Shown: piece after piece, positions 48,164 through 63,948 of the stretch
Layout of the letters: the number at the start of each line of letters is the position of its first letter
Position numbering within the stretch: position 1 is the stretch's first letter
Origin: Eledone cirrhosa
Lineage: Eukaryota
NCBI GenBank assembly: GCA_964016885.1
Contig: OZ024745.1
Coordinates: forward strand, 52,514,001-52,578,000
Direction: 5' to 3'
DNA: 64,000 nt
The notes under the pieces: model-generated
Told to the model about the DNA's origin: nothing
Database searches by the model: none
What the model saw: only the letters and a program-made list of their open reading frames with translations
Made by a program: the position numbers and the translations under genes

Positions 48164-48172
<9 letters not shown>
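47700..48172 (-). mobile_element. ~323-bp-period partial tandem plus inversion, no clear HHR
   Basis: 47710-47756 repeats at 48033-48077; 48078-48170 is the inverse of 47739-47831. Confidence 0.75.
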
Positions 48173-48237
<65 letters not shown>

Positions 48238-48330
48238 GTGCGTAAGTATTTGTTATATTTATTTGCTTTTTTTTACTTATGAGTTCGCTAACTTAACGTT
48301 CATGTACATGTGTGTGTGTGTGTGTGTATA

Positions 48331-48370
<40 letters not shown>

Positions 48371-48689
48371 TAGATAGATAGATAGATATAGGTATATATA
48401 GATATATCTGTGTATCTATATGTGTGTGTATACATATATGTCTGTATATGTATTTATGTGTGTGTATATATGTGTATGTCCGTGTATATGTATGTTTGTG
48501 TATATATATATATATATACATGTATGTATATATACATATATATATGTCTTTTACTTATATATCAATGTGTGTATGTGTGTATATACATATGTCTTATATA
48601 TTGCTTTATATTTTTATATTTTATTTTTCTTAACGTTCTTTTTCTTACGTATATTATCCTATATTTTTCCAGCCTCACTTCCCTTGTTT

Positions 48690-48880
48690 ATTAGATTTTA
48701 AATCTCATTTCATATTCTCTATCCACAAATTCTCTGTCTTATGACCGATGCAAACGTATATCAATATTGTCTGGAATCCAGAATCCTTTGGTAATAGACT
48801 ACCGTAGTTATATTTTGTGTTGTTCATTTTGTAATTGAATAGATCTTTTTTCCTTCGCTTTTCCTTCGGAAATACCTAAC
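48690..48880 (+). mobile_element. Diverged pLTR fragment related to 38288-38430
   Basis: atgaccgat..acgtatat.aatattgt.tgg.atccagaa...ttttgtgttgttcatttt. Confidence 0.6.
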
Positions 48881-48916
48881 ACATATATATATATATGTAT
48901 ATATAAATTTAGAATT

Positions 48917-48950
<34 letters not shown>

Positions 48951-48953
<3 letters not shown>

Positions 48954-51404
48954 AACGAGAAGGACCCCGACGGCTGAGCTCAAGCCGTTTCGACGGCTAA
49001 TTCCGGACTAAACGAAAATTTTTATCCTGATATATGAATAGCCGAGCTTTTCAGGGGGTAATTCCATATATGGTAAAAGTTATTGTCACAAGGATTGGCC
49101 AAAAGTTTGTTGTTGAGACATAATTCTATCATGGCAATTTGTGGAGGGAAGGGGTAGCTGAACTTGCCAGTAGAAGAAAGAGGGAGAGGGAGTGAAGGAA
49201 ACCCAATCGTGCGTTGATAGTGCCAACTACAGCAGAATCCTAAGGATAAGAGGTCAAGAGAAGTATACTAGGGAAGGGGAGGGGGAGGAAGTCGAAACAA
49301 TAAGTAAAACAATATGGGGTAAATATATAGAAAAATACCGAGAATGTTAAAAAAAAACAATTAAATGTAAAAAAAACAATTTCTGTTTACTATAACCCAA
49401 GGACAGCTATCAAGTCTATCACTGGTACTGCTAGACTAAAGAAAGGTTTACTAGGTGGGACGGAATTATAATGAGGCCCTTTTAAGAGGTATAAGTAATC
49501 AATCGAGTATATCTTACGGTGACGGGTCAACAAGTGGTGGTGGGGGGGCAAAATACTAAAGAAACTACCACGAAATAATAATTCAGTGTCCCGAGACCAA
49601 TACGAAATAAAGGTTTCTACCCAGGCACAAGGACAGCAACCAGCCAGTGCAAAAAAAAAAAAAAAACTAATACGAAATAATAATTCAGAATCCCGAAAAA
49701 GAATACTAATACTATCTCTAAGGGTGCCGCCACGATACAAACATTCTAGTGCAAACTACATAAATGCTCGTACGAAGTATATGAAAAATTATATACGGAA
49801 AATTAATTCAGAATCCCCCCCCCCCAAAAAAAAAAAATAAATACTGATATACGAGAAATTAAAGCAAAGATACCACTAAGAAATATACAAAGCACGGAAA
49901 GGGGGCAGCCATCGGATAAGAAGGCAAGTATCCGGGGTCTAACACATCTGCTATAAAAAGCGGAGTCGGCCAATTCTATCATAGAATAGGGGAAGGGGTG
50001 GGGGTACTGAGGCTACAAAGAACCGAGGGGCTGACTCGGGTGGGCGAGAAAGTGAAAAGGACGACGACAAAGAAAGAGGACTGAGGTGGAAGGACTAGGG
50101 ACGGATGGGGGAAGAAGGAAATATAGAGGAAGCGATAAAAAGATATAAAGGAAGATCATACGTCTACCGTTGCAAGCAGGGGTTACCCATTACAAAGTTG
50201 GCAAGTGGGGTGTTATAGCCCTAGTCTACGACCCCCCCCCCGGGTCATTATGGGGTTTGAGGGCGAGGTAAGTCCTACGCAATCTGTGTTTACATGCAGT
50301 TACCAGTTCATCTTTCTTGTTTAGGAGTTGTTCCGTCGAAAACAGCATTTGTAAAGTTTCCTCCGATCATAAATTGCACAGACCTCGTCCTCCCGTGTAA
50401 GAGTTGGCTCTGGACAGTAAGCTCCAAGTGAGGTCATAGGTAATATTGTTATCGTTGAGGTCCCATATGTTGCCGGAATGTGTAGTGGCGTGACGCCGGG
50501 CCGGGTTTCGGAAGGTATGTCTGTGTTGGTATAGCCGGGTCTTGAAGTCACATGCGGTTAATCCTATATAAGCTTTGTTGGAGGTGTCCGTCCTCACGAT
50601 GCACTGGTAGATCACATTACGATCTCTGCATCTGTTGTCGAGAGGGAAAATGGATCCATCGGGACAGTTGCACCTCCTGGTCGGTTCTCCACTGCTATTT
50701 AGGTTATTTTTTCCATAGGGGTTGAGTTTTTTGTTGTTAGAGGAGACGATGTTTTGTGCAAAGTTTGGTGTGGTGTTGTAAAAGAGTTTGATGGTATTTT
50801 TGTTAATTATGTTGTGGTAGCGGTGTTGTAGTGGGAAGTGCTTTTCAATGAGCCTAAAGAAGATTTTCCCGATAGGAGTTGTCACCTCGGCGTTGTGGGG
50901 AGGATTGAACCATGTTACATGGCGTGAGCGGCGGTGTCGCCTGCTGGTTCCGCTAATGGAAGCTGGACAGTAGGATATTTCTCCCGGGAACTACTCCGCT
51001 TGAGGGCCTGATCGTAATAAGGCGCATGTTCCTCTAATATCTGCTCATTAGCGGACAAACCAGATATGCGGAGGGAGATGTTTTTAACCAGGTTATTGGT
51101 GATGTTCCTAGGATGGTTTGACCGACGGTGGATGTAGTGCAGGTTGTCGTTGGGTTTCCTGTATGGGTAGTACAGATCATTATCCTTGTGACAATAACTT
51201 TTACCATATATGGAATTACCCCCTGTGAAGCTCGGCTATTCATATACCAGGATAAAAAATGTCATCTAGTGCAGAATAAGCCGTCGAAACGGATTGAGCT
51301 CAGCCGTCGGGGTCCTACTCGTTCCTATTACCCACTTTACTACCCTAAGTATTGAGTACTTTGGTGCGTTATGGTCCACCTGGTTCCTTACCACATTTCC
51401 TTCG

Positions 51405-51406
<2 letters not shown>
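48951..51406 (-). mobile_element. 5'-truncated Naiad-like PLE (family A): 2.2-kb tail-less arm plus 225-bp tailed inverted arm
   Basis: 51182-51326 is the inverse of 48951-49094. HHR-like motifs at 48964-49059 (-) and 51218-51313 (+). Confidence 0.92.
50214..51178 (-). pseudogene. PLE thumb/linker + GIY-YIG endonuclease
   Basis: YYPYRKPNDNLHYIH..SNHP, WFNPPHN, NVIYQCIV..AYIGLT, FKTRLYQH, CNL*SEE, LNKKDELVTACKH. Confidence 0.9.
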
Positions 51407-51478
<72 letters not shown>

Positions 51479-51482
<4 letters not shown>

Positions 51483-51655
51483 ATAATAATAAATTTGAAG
51501 ACTAAAATTCAAAGAGGGCTCGCTCAGGATAAATATATATCAAATATGTAAGAACCGTAGAGCAAATATTTATTAAAATAACAGATTAAAGTTTAAGCAA
51601 AGAGTCGGTGGGTGAAAGCAGCGATTCTTTGCTTAAACTTTAACCTGTTATTTTA

Positions 51656-51660
<5 letters not shown>
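51479..51660 (-). mobile_element. Family C mini fold-back
   Basis: Tailed arm 51479-51610, short arm 51611-51660. Confidence 0.82.
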
Positions 51661-51709
<49 letters not shown>

Positions 51710-53163
51710 CTTCATTTTCCTTTTTTCCGCTTTTACGACTGAAAATATAAGTCTACACTTCTATTAATTGAGATCTAGGTCATTCTGTAAATGTTAATGC
51801 ACTCTTTTCTATGTTGTTGCTATTTATTCAAACTATAAATTAATATGCTGTATCTGAAGCTTGAGTGGGAATTTGTGTTTACTTTTTCAAATTTCATTTC
51901 GTTTTTCTAATCATATTCAGGCTAATAACTTTAGTGCAGTCTAGGCTGAGAGTAATATATTCTGGCAGAAGTAGTAACTTTGCTCGTTTCCCATACATCG
52001 ATATTCATGAATGTTCTTCCAAATATTATTCGCTATAGTTTATGATAATTCATATCAATTCATAACTGTTTTAGTGTGCGATACTTATTCCGTGCATTTT
52101 TAATGAATACGGCATTTCTTCCCTAGTCATTCTAAATGGTTTCTTGACAAATGGATTACCTACGGTGTATGTTGACATTATTTATTGTTTTTTCTTACTG
52201 ATCTTTGACATCCCATGTGATCAATCACAAGCCATGCTGAAACAGAATTTTGGAGACCCAGGAAGTTAAATGAGACTGAGATGAGTTGGCAAAATTACAT
52301 TTTGAAGAAAATTTAATCTGGCACGCTCCCAGATGAAATATCTTAACAATATCAATAATTTCTGTGGAATCGAACGATATAGGTTTTCGATTATTAGACC
52401 AAGGCGCGAACAACGACACTCAGGGTTTCGCTTAAATGGTACATAATCACATTTACTTGTTCACCAGCAAATGAATAGATTACATATTGCGGTATGACGT
52501 TTGAAGTTTGGCATATTTACAGTTTTTGCCGCTGTCCTTTTGAAAACAATGCTTCGCCAGAACACGATATAATATCAGGACACATCGTACTGAATTCCAC
52601 GTCTGTAATCATCATATCAGTCAGCAACGTGTAATCGTTCCCAACTTCTTTAGGAAATCAGATTGAAAAAGAGATACGACGAATGTCTTAGGATATATCA
52701 CAATATCTTTCACCCCACATAAAATCACCAACGTTATTTATTTCTTTTATGGTGATATGATAAAATTGATACACTAATTAGATAATTAGAATTGAGAATT
52801 AATCTTTTGAAAGAACTTAACTATCAGTAAAATCTCTTAGTCATTACGACAGGAAATTCGTAGGTATGTACTGCTGATTTCATTTGTTCGAATGACTATG
52901 AAGCGTTTCTTGGCATGCCAATTTAACAATACGACCGTATTGGGCTGCTTGCCAAAATAAAATTGTTATTTAATTAACTTAAATTGTTTTCTTACAACAA
53001 TGTTCCATGATGCGTTCTTCTAATTTACTTTTATAAGTTTGGCAATGTATTCGATCAAATGTTCTGAGTTGGTAGTGACATGGTATATCTTATTATACAT
53101 ACGCACTATTTCTGATTAATACATATGTGGATATACATACGCACGTGCATAATCTTTATTGAC

Positions 53164-53745
53164 ACGGTATGTATGGGAAATATTGTATCTTACTGTATGC
53201 TTCAGTTTAAATATGTAAAACATTTGTGGTATAATCTACCCTCGTAATTTTAGACGCAGAATTTACTGTGTTTATTTCTACATAAATTAATATTATAATG
53301 CTCAGTATTTATACTTTGAGCTTGTTAATTGCAGGGTATCAATATGAGTTAATAACTCTATATTTTATTTGTATTTCGGCTCCCTATCTAGGTGAGCTTA
53401 TAAGATGAGTGTAATTGGGCTATTATTTCTAGCATAACCACTCACACCATGTATAGCTTTCAACCCACGAGGTACATTATTTACTTCCGTGAGTTTCTTG
53501 TTAGATGTGTTTTGTTTAATTTAACCTAATCTCTCGCTGATTAAAGACCTAAGGAGTATCTGTTACAAACACAATTTTCAGGGCGAAACATTAAATCTTT
53601 AGTCTGTCCGAGAGAGGAAATCGTTATTCATACGGTATGTATAGGAAATCTTGTATCTTACTGTATGCTTCTGTTTAAATATATAAAGCATTTGTGGTAT
53701 AATCTACCCTCGTAATTCTAGACGCAGAATTTACTGTGTTTATTT
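53164..53745 (+). mobile_element. 468-bp-period partial tandem with HHR-like motif (53531-53614)
   Basis: 53164-53277 repeats at 53632-53745. Motif reads ctctcg-CTGATTA-...-GAAA-ca..tg-TC-cgagag. Confidence 0.75.
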
Positions 53746-54488
53746 ATATATATATAGGACAGAAGACGTTGAATATGCATTTGGAGCCTTAAAGAACTTT
53801 ATTTACAAAAACAACGATTTCACAAGTTTATGATTTTCAAATGTTGAAAGAAATAGAACAGTGTTTGACTATATCGACTTGTGAATCGCATTTAACTGAT
53901 GTTGGGAAGGTTTTTCATTTTTATGCCATAAATGCTTTTCACATTGCTATATGTTTGATATATAGATTGATAAGTTGAGGCAGATCACGGGATTAGTCAT
54001 CGAAATTTGTGGCAATTTCTCAAGAAAAATCGAGAGTGCCATGGCTCTTAGTTTTATATAAAACAGTGACTCAAATGTCTGTGTACTTAGGGTGTAATTT
54101 GATAAGTTTTCAAAAGAAAGTACTTTCTCATAAACGTTGGTAATTTCTGATTCATGGTTGGCGTAAAGCCACTGATGATATCCAAGTAGTAGTATCAACA
54201 GGTTTACATTTCAACACCATCAGGCCACCACCAGTTGTAAAGTAATCAATGTATATACTATCTTATCTCTATATACTCAGAATGTGTGACAAAGAATTAC
54301 AAAAGTTCTCACGATCATGGGAATAGAAATGCTGGATTGCCATGACATAGGTTCAATGACAAGCTGAAGAGAAATCTGTCACCAATAACACCTTACGAGC
54401 AAATGACGCTAGATCAGAAGGATTGAAAATCTGTGTTATAATGGGATCAGAAACATCGAGTCTCGTTATAACCATTGACAACATTAAA

Positions 54489-57102
<2,614 letters not shown>

Positions 57103-57985
57103 TGGGGGGGGGTATAAGGTGCCTACGTTGGCGTGTGTGGGTGTCTATATACGTGTTCATATGTGTTTCTACTTGTACGCTGGATAATATTTACATACCT
57201 ATACACACATTCCCTGATATATATATATATATACATATTCGTATATCAACTTACACGCACGTATAATCTCATTTACTGTGGTTATTCTTTTGTTAGCTTC
57301 TAAAAATTCAGTTAAAGATGTAAAAATTGGCTTCCTATATTATTGACTTGGGAATATTGCAGTTGGCATGTTGGCTTTCTTTAAATACATATCGTTATCC
57401 GTAACGTGTTGCCAGGTTTATTTCCAGACGCTGAAGTACCCAAGCTGAATAATAACAGAGAAATTAGACTGGCAGCTGACCAATCTATACTATTGCTGTA
57501 GTTTTGGACACATGAAGGACGCATTAAAATCTTCTTCTGTATTAGAATGGTATATTTTGCTGTTATATGAATCCTACTATACAAATAAGTATGTAATTTT
57601 TTTCTAATGCACTAAATAATTCTATAATTCTATAAGAATAAGACATGTAATATAGAAGAGTGAAATATATGGTGTATATAAACGGAAACACATCAACACA
57701 TGCACACACACACAGAGACAAAGACGCAAATATATGTATGTGTGTGTGTGTCCGTGCTTGTGTGTGTGTGTATTAGAAATTAACAATAGAACTAACATTA
57801 CAATATGTATAATGACATACATTCCCTAGCTGTGAATATTTTAAGCTGCGATCAAGTGAAAACCATTTCAGTGGCATGTTTAGTGTTTGAGGAACGTGTG
57901 TCATTTGTGACAGGTATTCACTCGATGCAGAAATATGTATAAGGTTATAGTATATATGACACTCACGAACACTCATACACACGTA

Positions 57986-58027
<42 letters not shown>

Positions 58028-58028
<1 letters not shown>

Positions 58029-58415
58029 ATAATTGTTTCTACTTTAGGCACAAGGCCAGCAATTGCCCAGTGCATTACTGGTACTTTATTTTATCGACCC
58101 CGTAAGGATGAAAGGCAAAGTAAACCTCGGCGGGATTTGAACTCAGTCCGTAAAGGGACGTAACTATGCTGGAAAGCATGGCGTCCGACTCTCTTCCGAT
58201 ACTGCCACTTATATAGGCACAGGCCAGCAATTTTGGGTGAGGGGAAAGTCAATTAAATCGACACCAGTGCGTGACTGGTACTTTATTTTATCGACCCCGT
58301 AAGGATGAAAGGCAAAGGTTACCTCGGCGAGATTTGAACTCAGATCATAAATGGCCGTAACTCTATGCTGCAAAGCATGGCGTCCGACCCTCTACCGATA
58401 CTGCCAATCCACCAC
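58028..58415 (-). mobile_element. Two tandem near-full-length tRNA-derived SINEs
   Basis: A-box-like tggcagtatcgg, B-box gagttcaaatc, conserved core, AT-rich tail. Confidence 0.88.
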
Positions 58416-58429
58416 CCTCTCTATATATA

Positions 58430-58500
58430 TAGTAATAATAATAAATTTGAAGACTAAAATCCTAAGAGGGCTCGATAAGGATAAATATATATCAAATATA
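58430..58500 (-). mobile_element. Family C tail only
   Basis: Matches 51479-51546. Confidence 0.75.
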
Positions 58501-61080
58501 TATGTGTGTTTGTGTGTGTGAGTGTGTGTGCGTTGTGTTTGTGTGTGTGTGTGTGTGTGTGTGAATGAGTGCATATATGTGTGTGTGTGTGCGTATGTGT
58601 GTGTGTGTGTGCGTGGGTGGGTGTGTGCATGTGTGTGTGTGTGTACGTGCGTGTGTGTTTGCAGTTGACGTAAAAAACATTGGAAAAATGTGAACTTCAG
58701 TAGTTGGAAATGCAAATTATAATATCAAAGGTCAATCGTTAGTAATAGTAGCTAAAACACAATGTTGAACACACCTGTTACAACACTTCCAATCTCTCGT
58801 TTGGGAAACTTCTTCAAAGGCTACTGGTATGGTATCAATATTTCAACTAGTTTTCAGAATAGAGTACGAGCAGTTTCCCCAGTTTTGCTGAACAATTTAC
58901 AGAGAGCAAGCATTTTTAACCGTATTGGAATATAATCTCTGTCATTTTCTGTATTATTAATTTGTTCTGCACTTGAAGATGGTCATCTACTGACAATATC
59001 CACACTAGATGACCAAGTATGATATGTATGATAATAGACAGGCTGGAGATAAAACTGAGAGTACAAAAGAGATTTCTTAGTAGTAAGGGTGCGTATAGCT
59101 ACAGATAGCTCAGATTTTTATCAATCAGACAATAACAGTTTGGGTAATTGTAACCCCTTCTCAATTTTTAGAGGTAATGGAGGAATTGATAAATATAAAA
59201 TATACATCAACTAGGCAAATGAAACAAACATATTCCTAAGAAGTTGTGTATAAATAATGCATGTCTTTGAATTGTTGCATAATAAGGCATACCCAAACAC
59301 CGACAGAGTCAGAATATATATAACGTAGAGGAAAACACCACCAAACATTGTACACGCACTACGTAGATAAATGTTAGTGTAGCAGAATATAGCAAAATAA
59401 AACACTAATCCTATCCTAGTACCAAATGTTGAACTATGATATGCAGTGCAATAAAAATACGACTAGAGACCTATTCAAACATCAATTTATTCTTTCAGGA
59501 ATATGATATTATTTTGCTACACCTCCATAGGGACCTTGCAGAAAGATAGCACTAAACAAACCAAGTCGAGACAGCTTCAATCTGAAATGGTATCTCCTTG
59601 TATGAAATATTTATCTAATATGATTCCTTTCAATTATTGTTATATATATTTCGTGCATAATATACTTTCTTATCTTTAATAATTTCATATTATAACATAT
59701 CATCGTAGACTCTTCTATTGGTAGAGAATCTACTCGATCACTATGCAAATACTTTCATTTATGCTTATAGTTTCCAAAGTATACTACTAAAATGAACGTT
59801 GTGAGCGCGTCGTATTTATAGACGCAATATTTATGGAAAACTGTTTCAGCTGCAAAAACTGGATTTTATGAGAATAATAAAAAATAAATGTAGAGGGAAA
59901 TAAATGTCTATTTCAAATGTGATTGGGAAGATGTTTGTCGTTGTAATATTGATAATCAATTAAATAATAAATTTCGATGTTAGTAGGTTAACTTAGCTTG
60001 AAGTGTATTGCTTGAAGACTAAAAATATAAGTATGAATAGTTATATAAATCCTTTCGCGGAAAATGATTAAACAATTCTTCAGATAAATATATGTAAATA
60101 TAAACACTTTCTACAGTGTCAAGTATATTGCCTCAAAGTAATAGTTTAAAATGAACATGCAATAATATGATAATTCTGGAGAAATTCTTCACTTTTCTTT
60201 ATTGAAAACGTATCCAACAATAGCTGAATATATTTATATTTCACGGGAGATAGATATATTAAAACTATTACACATACTAATGCACCTTACTGTAAATATT
60301 CTTTGTAATGTTTCTCATAAAACAGCGGGTGTATATTGAAGTTTAACAATCGTTTACGACCAACGATAAGTCGAAAGCACGTACGACATTTAAATTCGTA
60401 ATTTGTGAGAAGAATTAATTAATTTTAGTCGATGATTATAACATTTCATCCCTCCAAATCTTGCAAATGCTTAATTAAGTCGTATAACTACAACAGCAAT
60501 GCTGATTTTTCCAGCTGATGAGACATGGCTAGCCTAATAAATATGGTGCATAAAAATGTTATGAAGGCTTGTTCATAGCTCTCATACATTTTGTGGTGGA
60601 AATATCATGACCACGGTACAAGGTTAGTCAGGCTGTATTGTCGGATACTACCCGTTAACCATGCATACGATTCTCCACTGCCCACGTGAGAACTATTGAC
60701 ATGTGTACAAAGGATCCAGGGCTAATTGGATGAATATTATAAAAATGGAGCATATGGGATTTGCCCCATGTATAGTAGCAAGTTTTAGAATCTAAATGTT
60801 TCGACAGCTAATCCTTCATGAAAAATATAATGAGAAATAAAAGAAGAAATAGAAAAATAAATGCCAATGAACAGTGACAGAAGCGACAAAAAAAGAATAA
60901 CATTTTTTTTTTTAGAAAAAGCAGTTCTACTTACGTCAGCATCTCTTGCAAAACTGTTGAATTTAGAGTTAGTTTATAAGAAGTTACATTGGTTGTATTT
61001 AAAAGGCTGTGACCGAAGGCGTTTTTGCTGAAAATATAAAAGAAGGAAAACATATGAAGTGGATATGTATGTGTCTACGA

Positions 61081-61145
<65 letters not shown>

Positions 61146-61320
61146 TGTTGGTTTTCTCGTTGCTTCGGTGTCGTGGAAAGACTTACCTTTTCAATTTGCC
61201 ATGCCGTCTAACGAATGTTATTAATTTGAGATTCCTCATTGAGTGCTTGGGTGCACAATACTTCATTGTATCTCGTTGGCTTGGCTACAGCCGAAGCTTC
61301 GATTTTACTAAACTTCCATT

Positions 61321-62007
61321 TATACATACATACATACATACATACATACATACATACATACATACATACATACATACATACATACATACATACATACATG
61401 GTGGCTGCCAACTAGCTATCGAGTACGGCCACTACTTTATATCCATGTAGGAGAACTCCTACTGATGCGCTGAACGAGTGTGACATTTTAGTCCAGCCAG
61501 CGACTTGAAAATTCTGGTACAAACACTACACTTGTGACAATTATTGACACATAGTGCTGGGCCCATGGTACCATGTGACGACAAGTGCAGAGAGATCTCC
61601 AGACATAAAGCAATGCCTGTGCCGTGAATCTTTTATAGTGAGCAAAAGAACTGCACAAAGCCAGTCCCACTCTCTTAACCAGGATGATATTTACCAAAAA
61701 GAAGAACATGTCAACATCATTGGGTACCATCAGGGTTGCAGGTGTTATATCAGAGTTTTCCTTCTCCTAGAATTCTGCCTTGACAAAGGCAAAGGGGTCA
61801 TCTCTCCCGGTGATTTTGGATGGCCATTGACTCTTAAGAGCTCCTTTGCCCTTTGACAGGTTTTGTTTTTAGTCCTGCAGGATGTCCAAAGTCACCCTCC
61901 TCACCAAGAATCCTTGGTGGGGTTGCCAGTTTAGTCGCCAACGACCCGACCATGAGACAGGTTGTACTGGGATACATGTTACCAGTAGCACCAACTGGTG
62001 ACCTGAC
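61321..62007 (-). mobile_element. Bipartite non-autonomous RTE derivative (5'UTR fused to 3' end) with (ATGT)n tail
   Basis: 5' part has ctaggagaaggaaaactctga, typical of RTE 5'UTRs. 3' part encodes HKCSVCTRIFKSLAGLKCHTRSAH* (C2H2 finger). Confidence 0.65.
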
Positions 62008-62018
62008 ATATATACATG

Positions 62019-62076
<58 letters not shown>

Positions 62077-62117
62077 TATATAAATAAATATATATATATA
62101 TACATTTGAAAAAAAGT

Positions 62118-62665
62118 GTAGTGTTAAAAATTTTATGATTTAATGTTATAATATAATTGTTTCTACTTTTTGCACAAGGCCACCAATTACTCAGTACATT
62201 ACTGGTACTTTATTTTATCGACCCCATAAGGATGAAAGGCAAAGTTAACCCCGGAGGGATTTGAACTCAGCTCATAAAGGGAGGTAACTCTATGCTTCAA
62301 AGCATTGTGTCCGACTCTCTATCGACACTGCCAATCCACCGCCCTTTAATGTTATAATATAATATTATAATATTATGAATTGGTACATCCAGTAAGTACT
62401 TTGATAACTTCGGTGGGAAGAATTTTAGAGAATCCTGGTTAACTTGGGTTGGGGAAATTTCTCGCATTCGTCTGTCTGTGGCGATTGTCAACATGTTTGA
62501 CAATCGCCACAGACAGACGAATGCGAGAAATTTCCCCAACCCAAGTTAACCAGGATTCTCTAAAATTCTTCCCACCGAAGTTATCAAAGTACTTACTGGA
62601 TGTACCAATTCATAATATTATAATATTATATTATAACATTAAATCATAAATTTTTTAACACTACA
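62118..62665. repeat. Palindrome (centre ~62493) interrupted by a SINE
   Basis: 62345-62490 is the inverse of 62497-62643; the outer arm continues at 62118-62156. Confidence 0.9.
62156..62344 (-). mobile_element. Full-length SINE with ~18-bp target-site duplication
   Basis: tttaatgttataatataa on both sides. Confidence 0.88.
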
Positions 62666-62728
62666 AGTGAAGTCATTCTTTTCTTTCTTTTCAAATATAC
62701 CTAACTGTGCCAAGGATCTCACACATGT

Positions 62729-62761
<33 letters not shown>

Positions 62762-62764
<3 letters not shown>

Positions 62765-62948
62765 CCACAAGCCCTCCATCTCAGTTCTATTTTTGAAAAG
62801 CATAACAACTGTGAAGCCGGTAAAGGTAACAAATAAATATACTTCAAAAGACTCCAGTTGCATTATCGACTTCATCTTTTTCCCTTATACCTTCATTCGT
62901 GTAGGACATCTCCTTTTCTTTTCATTTTGAAAAAAAAACCCTCACTTT

Positions 62949-62950
<2 letters not shown>
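62762..62950 (+). mobile_element. Family B tailed arm, diverged
   Basis: Matches the reverse complement of 6284-6487. Confidence 0.78.
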
Positions 62951-63002
<52 letters not shown>

Positions 63003-63004
<2 letters not shown>

Positions 63005-63180
63005 CGTCGTTGAACAGGAGGAATCTATTGATATTGTTTCTTTTATATAAATATGCATGTGCCTATATATATAAGTGCGTCCTTACACACAATCACACAC
63101 ATACAAACGCACATACATAGCCACATGCATATATATATAAAAGAAGAAATATCAATAGACTTGTCCTGCTCAACGAGGAT
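63003..63180. repeat. Imperfect ~35-bp inverted repeat next to (TA)n
   Basis: cgttgaacagga..tctattgatatt / aatatcaataga..tcctgctcaacg. Confidence 0.6.
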
Positions 63181-63910
63181 GGTAATATGTGTAGTGTTTG
63201 GGCAAATAGTAGCACGTTTGTGATTTGGGATAATTATCAAAATTATTCACTTCCACATAGCTACCAGATTAAAAGAAACCCTTCAGTCTCAACTGAAATG
63301 TTGCCCTCGCGTCGCCGAAAGCAATGTGTATTGTATATATAAATAGAATATATTTTAACACGTGCAGGAAAACATCCAGCAAACAGCCAAATTTAACATA
63401 AGGATGCTTCCACGAACTTCCAATTTATTCAATTAATATTATAGTATTTCTTCAGAAATATTAGGTATGATATATGTGTCTAGGCTTCATTAGTTATAAA
63501 TCTGCATTTCTTTGTTGTTATGGAGAAAAATGTTTCGCAATAGAACTGACCACTCTAATACGTCAAATAAATGAACTGCGTTTAAAATCACAGCTTAAGA
63601 TTTTCTACTTAAATCTTGCTTCTCACACTTTCTGCTTGTCACTCTTTGGTTTATGCTATTGATAAAATCTGGGATTGTGCTCATGTGATCTGTCGAAAGG
63701 ATAGAGAACAAAATCCGTTTCAGAACATATTAAAGGAGATATTCCATTCTGTAGCTTTAAATATAACTTTGCTTTCCCAATATGCAGCATAAACCCATTA
63801 AAAACGGTTATATTCAATATATAAAATAATACATAAACAGACACAGACAAACACTGGCACGCGCATATACAACTTGGAACCCCCCCCCCATATACACATA
63901 TACTCTATCT

Positions 63911-63948
<38 letters not shown>

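Noticed and set aside
58120-58210. tRNA gene
   Set aside because: Has A/B boxes but no cloverleaf; it is the SINE head
58790-59440. Possible host exon encoding a hydrophobic protein
   Set aside because: Short, stop-interrupted, with no recognisable family or convincing splice context
60500-60780. CTGATGA at ~60515 and a GGNIM Tc1-like snippet
   Set aside because: No helix II/GAAA partner, and transposase similarity is too short
62297-62649. Two near-identical ORFs on opposite strands
   Set aside because: A by-product of the palindrome; no recognisable protein
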